A stretch of DNA of 63,902 nucleotides, the filler included, from Stramenopiles sp. TOSAG23-6 (lineage: Eukaryota), in assembly GCA_900128565.1 (NCBI GenBank). It is 3 parts of 3 records of this genome, joined end to end, with 100 filler letters (N's around TTAATTAATTAA, not from the genome) between each part and the next. Parts side by side here need not be neighbours in the genome. Positions count along the whole stretch, not along the records: positions 49,387 to 63,902 come from LT636137.1; 2 more parts are not named here. One strand, 5' to 3'. Of the stretch, positions 57,667 through 63,902 are shown one piece after another (position 1 is the stretch's first letter; each line of letters opens with the position of its first letter). A program made the translations under genes and the position numbers. The notes beneath the pieces were generated by a model. It was not told where the DNA came from. It did no database searches and saw only the letters and a list, made by a program, of their open reading frames with translations.

Positions 57667-59559
57667 ATGAAAATGTATGCCTTTAAAACTAGTTCAATAT
57701 ATTTTTGTGTCATATGCTTGAATGTTATCACTCCATTTCGGGAGGTTGGAAAAACTATGGTGGTTGCAACAACTTTGCGAGATACTCTTTTTAATAGCTA
57801 TGACAAGAAAAAAACAGGAACGCCCACAGACCTAGACGGCCAGCAGAAGCTTCGAATACAGCTTTCTCTTCAGAGTATTGTCAATTTTGATACAGCGAGC
57901 CAGACAATTACTGTCAATGGGTGGTGGCGGCATTATTGGCAAGATGCCAGATTGAAGTGGGATAAAAATACAGCTGGTTATAAAAACGAAAAAGTTCTCC
58001 TTGTGCCACGAGAAGAATTATGGGTTCCTGATGATGTTGTATACGAATCAATTGATGTTAACGAAGCAATTAAGCCCCAGATCACAGTTTATGAAAGTGG
58101 AGAAATATTTTACAGCCAGCCAAAAACCATAAAAATGGGTTGCAGTCTAGATCTGAAAAAATTCCCATTTGATGTCCAAAGTTGCAAGTTTACTCTAGGG
58201 TCTTGGGCAATGAATAAAAATGATTTTGATATAATACCGAGGTCAACAGGAAATAAAATAGCAGCAGTTACGGTTGACAGCTTTAAGCAACATACTGAAA
58301 TGAGGCTTATTAGAATAGAAACTGAATACGTAGAGACAATTTATTCATGTTGCCCCGAGCCATATGCCGTAATTGAGTATACTTTAGTAGTGAAGCGTGA
58401 GTCTCTCTCTTATGTATACTCTATTATTGCACCAATGGCTCTTTGTACAATTGTGGGTTTCTTGGGTTTTCTCTTAAACCCTGATAGTGGCGAACGGATT
58501 GGTCTTGGTATTACCACCCTTCTAACAGTAGTAGCAATATATTTTGTAGCCCACGATGAAATCCCAAAGGTTGGTGAATGGACGGTCATGTCGAAACTAT
58601 ATATGACGTGTATGTTTATGATGCTCGCCACGGTTGCAGCATCTATAGTTGTAGTATCTTTATATAATGTAAAGACCCCTTCAGGATACAAAAGCACATC
58701 GCAACTCTTGACGCTTTTCTCAGAGCTTGACGTCAACAAAGATGGGTTTCTTGATAAAACAGAAATTGTCAATGGTATGAGTAAATTGGGAATAGACGAC
58801 ATCAGCGCAAATTCAATTTTAAAGATTGTTCATCGAGTATTGGAAGGTAAAATGAAAAAGCAGACGGAAAATAAAAAGATGAATTTTGATAAAAACACAA
58901 ATGATGATATTGATATGACCACACTTTCAATTTTAAAAGAAGCTGATGGTAGAAATAAAAAGGTGAATAATATTAGTGAAGGAAAGTCGAATGGTATTTT
59001 TGATGAAAACACAAATAAACCTATTGATATGATTACATTTTCAGAGTGGGCATTAATTATTAATCAAGCAAATACACGATGGAGATATCAAGATTCACAC
59101 AACATTTTGATTGCAAGACTACTGCACATGTGGGCCAATCTAGCCCTTAGACTTCCATTATGTTGTCGAGGCGATCCAAACGTAGAACGTATTGAAGTCC
59201 TTCAACGGCGATCGAAGCATCAAAATGCCAAAGTTGCACCATTATCTGGTGATTCTGTGAAAGAGAATATCATGAAAAAATCCAGTGATACTAAATATTG
59301 TGAAATTGCTCAAATGGTACAAAAAGATATGGATATTGATGATTTTACACAAAGTTCCGCAAGACGCCTTGCTGGATTTATCGATTTAACATGTTGCATC
59401 GCGCTGCCGTTTGCCTTTTTGATACTCATCATTATCTATTTTAATGACATACAATCGCATTCAGAAGATTATATTGAAATAATATATAAGAATGGAAATG
59501 AAATATTGAAATCAAAATTTTGCGAAGGAAAGAATAATAAAGGATTTATTAGTTGTTAA
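57667..59559 (+). CDS. Cys-loop (pentameric) ligand-gated ion channel, nicotinic alpha-like, with an EF-hand in the M3-M4 loop
   Basis: WQDARLKW, LWVPD, Cys-loop CSLDLKKFPFDVQSC, GSW, loop C YSCCPEPY, DSGERIGLGIT, four TM helices, DVNKDGFLDKTE. Confidence 0.92.
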   Translation: MKMYAFKTSSIYFCVICLNVITPFREVGKTMVVATTLRDTLFNSYDKKKTGTPTDLDGQQKLRIQLSLQSIVNFDTASQTITVNGWWRHYWQDARLKWDKNTAGYKNEKVLLVPREELWVPDDVVYESIDVNEAIKPQITVYESGEIFYSQPKTIKMGCSLDLKKFPFDVQSCKFTLGSWAMNKNDFDIIPRSTGNKIAAVTVDSFKQHTEMRLIRIETEYVETIYSCCPEPYAVIEYTLVVKRESLSYVYSIIAPMALCTIVGFLGFLLNPDSGERIGLGITTLLTVVAIYFVAHDEIPKVGEWTVMSKLYMTCMFMMLATVAASIVVVSLYNVKTPSGYKSTSQLLTLFSELDVNKDGFLDKTEIVNGMSKLGIDDISANSILKIVHRVLEGKMKKQTENKKMNFDKNTNDDIDMTTLSILKEADGRNKKVNNISEGKSNGIFDENTNKPIDMITFSEWALIINQANTRWRYQDSHNILIARLLHMWANLALRLPLCCRGDPNVERIEVLQRRSKHQNAKVAPLSGDSVKENIMKKSSDTKYCEIAQMVQKDMDIDDFTQSSARRLAGFIDLTCCIALPFAFLILIIIYFNDIQSHSEDYIEIIYKNGNEILKSKFCEGKNNKGFISC

Positions 59560-59788
59560 ATCGATCTTTTGCAATTCGTGACAGTGACACCCAACGCCAA
59601 CGACATGTGTACGTGTACTACGTGACGTATTTTTTTGTTGTTTTTTGTACCCGTGTGATCTAATTCCGTTACACTTCGACTCGACTCAATTATATACCGC
59701 CTATACGATAAGTACTGAATATAAAGTCTAACTGAAAACGGCCGCGCTACTACGTGACTTCTAATATATAATCCAAGTATACTACGTA

Positions 59789-62700
59789 ATGAGTGAGATT
59801 GAAACAGCAAAGACTGTATATAAGGCATTAACTGGTAAAGATTTGGATGATGTATGTGGGGCTGTGATAATATGTGGTTCATCCGATCCTGACATTGTTA
59901 CTGAATTGAAATTGGTACAAGATGCACTAAGTGGTACCGGTACAATTCCAACTGAAATTGGTGGCTTAACAAATCTTACAACACTCCATTTATTATCTAG
60001 TGCATCAAACGACCATCTAAGTGGTACAATTCCAACTGAAATTGGTAATTTAACTAAACTTACCGATTTGTACGTAGTATTGTCTTACTTCATTACATTT
60101 CAATAATTATGTATATCTAGACTCTAAAAAGTTATTTTCATGACATATATTTATTACTTTACAGGGAATTGTATTTTAATAACAAGCTGACTGGTTCAAT
60201 TCCAACAGAAATTGGTAAACTAACAAATCTCGGAACTTTGTACTTGAGTTATAACAACCTATCTGGTCCAATACCAAGTGAAATTGGTCGATTATCAAAT
60301 CTCAAAAAATTGTCCTTGAGAAACAACAACACACTATCTGGTACAATACCAACAGAAATTGTTCAACTAACAAATCTCAAAGATTTGAGCTTGAGCACTA
60401 ACCAACTATCTGGTACAATACCAACAGAAATTGGTCAACTATCAAATCTCATACAATTGTGGTTGTACAACAACAATCTAACTGGTACAATACCAATAGA
60501 AATTGGTAAACTAACAAATCTCGGAACTTTGTACTTCAGCAACAACCAACTAACTGGTTCGATTCCAAAAGAAATTGGTCAACTAACAATTCTCCTACAA
60601 TCAGACTTGTCAGTGAACAACTTATCTGGCTCAATACCATCTGAAATTGGTCAACTAAGAAAACTTCAAATTTTGTACTTGAATGGCAACCAACTATCTG
60701 GTGCAATTCCAACAGAAATTGGTCAACTAACAAAACTTCAAGCTTTGGCTTTGCGTACAAATCAACTAAGCGATTCAATTCCAACTGAAATTGGTAAATT
60801 AAGTAAAATGACAGATTTGCTTTCAGAAACGAATCAGCTTACTGGTACAATTCCAACTGAAATTGGTAATTTAACAAATATACAAAATTTGACTTTGAAT
60901 GATAACAAACTATCTGGTTCGATTCCAACGGAAATTGGTCAACTAACAAAGCTCGAAAAATTGTTGTTGAACGAAAACAAACTACTAACTGGTTCAATTC
61001 CAACGGAAATCGGTCAACTATCAAATCTTAAATATTTGCACTTGTACAAAAACAGTCTATCTGGTTCAATTCCAACAGAAATTGGTCAACTAACAAATCT
61101 CGGAGATTTGAGCTTGATCACTAACCAACTATCTGGTACAATACCAACAGAAATTGGTCAACTAACAAACCTTACATTAGAATTGGACTTGTACAACAAC
61201 AACCTATCTGGTACAATTCCAACAGAAATTGTTCAACTAACAAATCTCGGAGAATTGGGCTTGAGCACTAACCAACTATCTGGTACAATACCAGCACAAA
61301 TTGGTCAACTAACAAAGCTCCAATTGTTGCATTTGGATCATAACAAACTATCTGGTACAATACCAACAGAAATTGTTCAACTAACAAATCTCAAAGATTT
61401 GAGCTTGAGCACTAACCAACTATCTGGTACAATACCAACAGAAATTGGTCAACTAACCTTTCTCACAGCATTGTCCTTGAGAAAGAACAACACACTATCT
61501 GGTACAATACCAACGCAAATTGGTCAGCTAACAAATCTTGTTGAAGGTTTGGACTTGTCAAGCACCAACCTTTCTGGTCCAATACCAAAAGAAATTGGTC
61601 AATTAAAAAATCTCGAATTATTGCACTTGGACAGCAACGAACTATCTGGTTCAATTCCAAAGGAAATTGGTCGACTAACAAATCTTAAAGAGTTGGAGTT
61701 AACAGGGAACAAACTATCTGGTCCAATTCCAATGGCATTTGGTCAACTAACAAATCTCCAATTGTTGGACTTGTCAACTAACCAACTATCTGGTTCAATT
61801 CCAAAAGAAATTGGTCAACTAGTAAGTCTTGTATATTTGATCTTGCTAGACAACAATCTAACTGGTACAATACCAACGGAAATTTGTCAACTAACAAAGC
61901 TTGAAAGGTTGGAATTGAAAAACAACGAACTATCTGGATCAATTCCAGCGGAAATTGGTCAACTAAGAAATCTCGAATATTTGTGGTTGTTTGACAACGA
62001 TCTATCTGGTCCAATTCCAAATGAAATTCGTCAACTAACAAATCTCAAAGAATTGGCCTTGAATGAAAACGATCTATCTGGTCCAATTCCAAAAGAAATT
62101 GGTCAACTAATAAATCTTGAAATATTGTGGTTGAACAACAACAAACTATCTGGTCCAATTCCAAGTGAAATTGGTAATTTAACAAATATACAAAATTTGA
62201 CTTTGAATGAAAACGATCTATCTGGTCCAATTCCAAAAGAAATTGGTCAACTAACAAATCTCTCAGTCTTGAGCTTGTTACAAAACAATTTATCTGGTTC
62301 AATTCCAACAGAAATTGGTCAACTAACCTTTCTCACAGCATTGTCCTTGAGAAACAACAACACACTATCTGGTACAATACCAACAGAAATTGTTCAACTA
62401 ACAAATCTCGGAGATTTGAGCTTGAGCAATAACCAACTATCTGGTACAATACCAACAGAAATTGGTCAACTAACAAACCTTACAGTAGAATTGGACTTGT
62501 ACAACAACAACCTATCTGGTACAATACCATCTGAAATTGGTCAACTAAGAAAACTTCAAATTTTGTACTTGAATGGCAACCAACTATCTGGTGCAATTCC
62601 AACAGAAATTGGTCAACTAACAAAACTTCAAGCTTTGGCTTTGCGTACAAATCAACTAAGCGATTCAATTCCAACTGAAATTGGTAAATTAAGTAAAATG

Positions 62701-63444
62701 ACAGATTTGCTTTCAGAAACGAATCAGCTTACTGGTACAATTCCAACTGAAATTGGTAATTTAACAAATATACAAAATTTGACTTTGAATGATAACAAAC
62801 TATCTGGTCCAATACCAAAAGAAATTGGTCAACTATCAAATCTCCAAACATTGTGGTTGTACAGCAACAAACTATCTGGTTCAATTCCAAGTGAAATTGG
62901 TAAACTGACAAATCTCCAATGGTTGTACTTGTATAGCAACAACCTATCTGGTTCAATTCCAACAGAATTGTTTCAGTTAAAAAACTTAAGAAGATTCGGT
63001 TTGGCAAAACCTACAAATCATTTCTGTACACCTAACCCTAACTTTGATAAATGCGCAGAACTTCCACAAAACAACAACTGTGATGGCATCATTGACGAAG
63101 TTACATGCTGTATGACATCTGAGTATGTGAATTGTGAAGAATCAACGAGAACAGCAGCTCCGACAGCAGCTCCGACTGCAGCCCCAGATGTCCGAGATCA
63201 GACGACAGCTAAATCTGAAACCGACAACAGCCTAAATATTGTAATAATTTGCATTGTATTTATTCTGGTCATTATTATTTCTGCATTTATTATTATATTT
63301 GTAGGAAAAAGAAAGCGTAAAAAAATTAAAAAAAAAAGTGCAGAGGGAAAAAGCAAGAAGACTAAACCTGGTGGTGTTTGTGTTACTAATCCCGTGGGGG
63401 GGAAAGCTACGCCTGCGGTTGGTAATCCAGTGGTATTTCCGTAA
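59789..63444 (+). CDS. LRR receptor-like protein: ~40 plant-type LRRs, Cys-rich cap, PTAA stalk, TM helix, short tail without kinase; canonical intron 60070-60164
   Basis: LSGxIPxEIGxLxxL repeats; TM IVIICIVFILVIIISAFIIIFV followed by a basic stop-transfer segment. tt|GTACGT...TTTACAG|g joins in frame. Confidence 0.9.
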
Positions 63445-63620
63445 GAGTGAAAACCCTTTAAGGCTGGTTCCATCCGTAACATAAAATCATAACAGTCCAG
63501 TCTAGGATTACATGGCTGGTACCAGAAATTCTAGCCAGGTTTGTGCCAAATCATGGATTTGTACCAATTAAGTACGAATTTTTAGGAAAATCACAAATTT
63601 CAGAGTCAATAAATAGTGCT

Positions 63621-63902
63621 TAAATTAACATGCATGCATTGCTTCAATAACTTAATTATGTTGATACAATGGGTTCATGGTATCACTAGACACTCTAAGA
63701 TACTTTATATACAACTGCGCATGGTCACAATGCATATTAGAGATTTTTGTTGAATTTCGAGTGTAAAAACCCTCGAAAATCTCTAATATGCATTGTGACC
63801 ATGCGCGGGTGTATGTAAAGTATCTTAGAGTGTCTAGTGATACCATAAACCCATTGTATCAACATAATTAAGTTATTGAAGCAATGCATGCATGTTAATT
63901 TA
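63621..63902. repeat. Long inverted repeat (arms ~127 bp, 4 mismatches, 28-nt loop); may extend past the window
   Basis: 63621-63747 is the reverse complement of 63776-63902. Confidence 0.95.

Overview
AT-rich, gene-dense eukaryotic DNA from a draft assembly with three N-gaps. It is probably a stramenopile protist, inferred from gene content (SUMO sequence style, ATXR3-like SET protein, AP2 domain, plant-type LRRs). It holds about 25 protein genes and a minus-strand snoRNA cluster that includes U14. The genes include ADAT2, PRP19, SCP2, SUMO, p23, an ATXR3-like SET protein, a >5,200-aa multidomain protein, an S74/ICA-ATAD3 fusion, a nicotinic-type Cys-loop channel with an EF-hand and a large LRR receptor-like protein. 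The main signal is a family of near-identical ~90-150 bp introner-like elements, with 11 complete or partial copies. They interrupt conserved genes, start with GTAYGT, carry a TTCGTACGAA palindrome and a TACCTAAC branch-point-like motif, and are usually flanked by a 2-bp direct repeat. In several copies the frame and conserved motifs (e.g. the ATAD3 Walker A) are restored only if the intron ends in AT rather than AG; GT and CT ends are each predicted once. Ordinary GT-AG introns coexist in the same window. All gene and domain calls are by eye, with no database searches.
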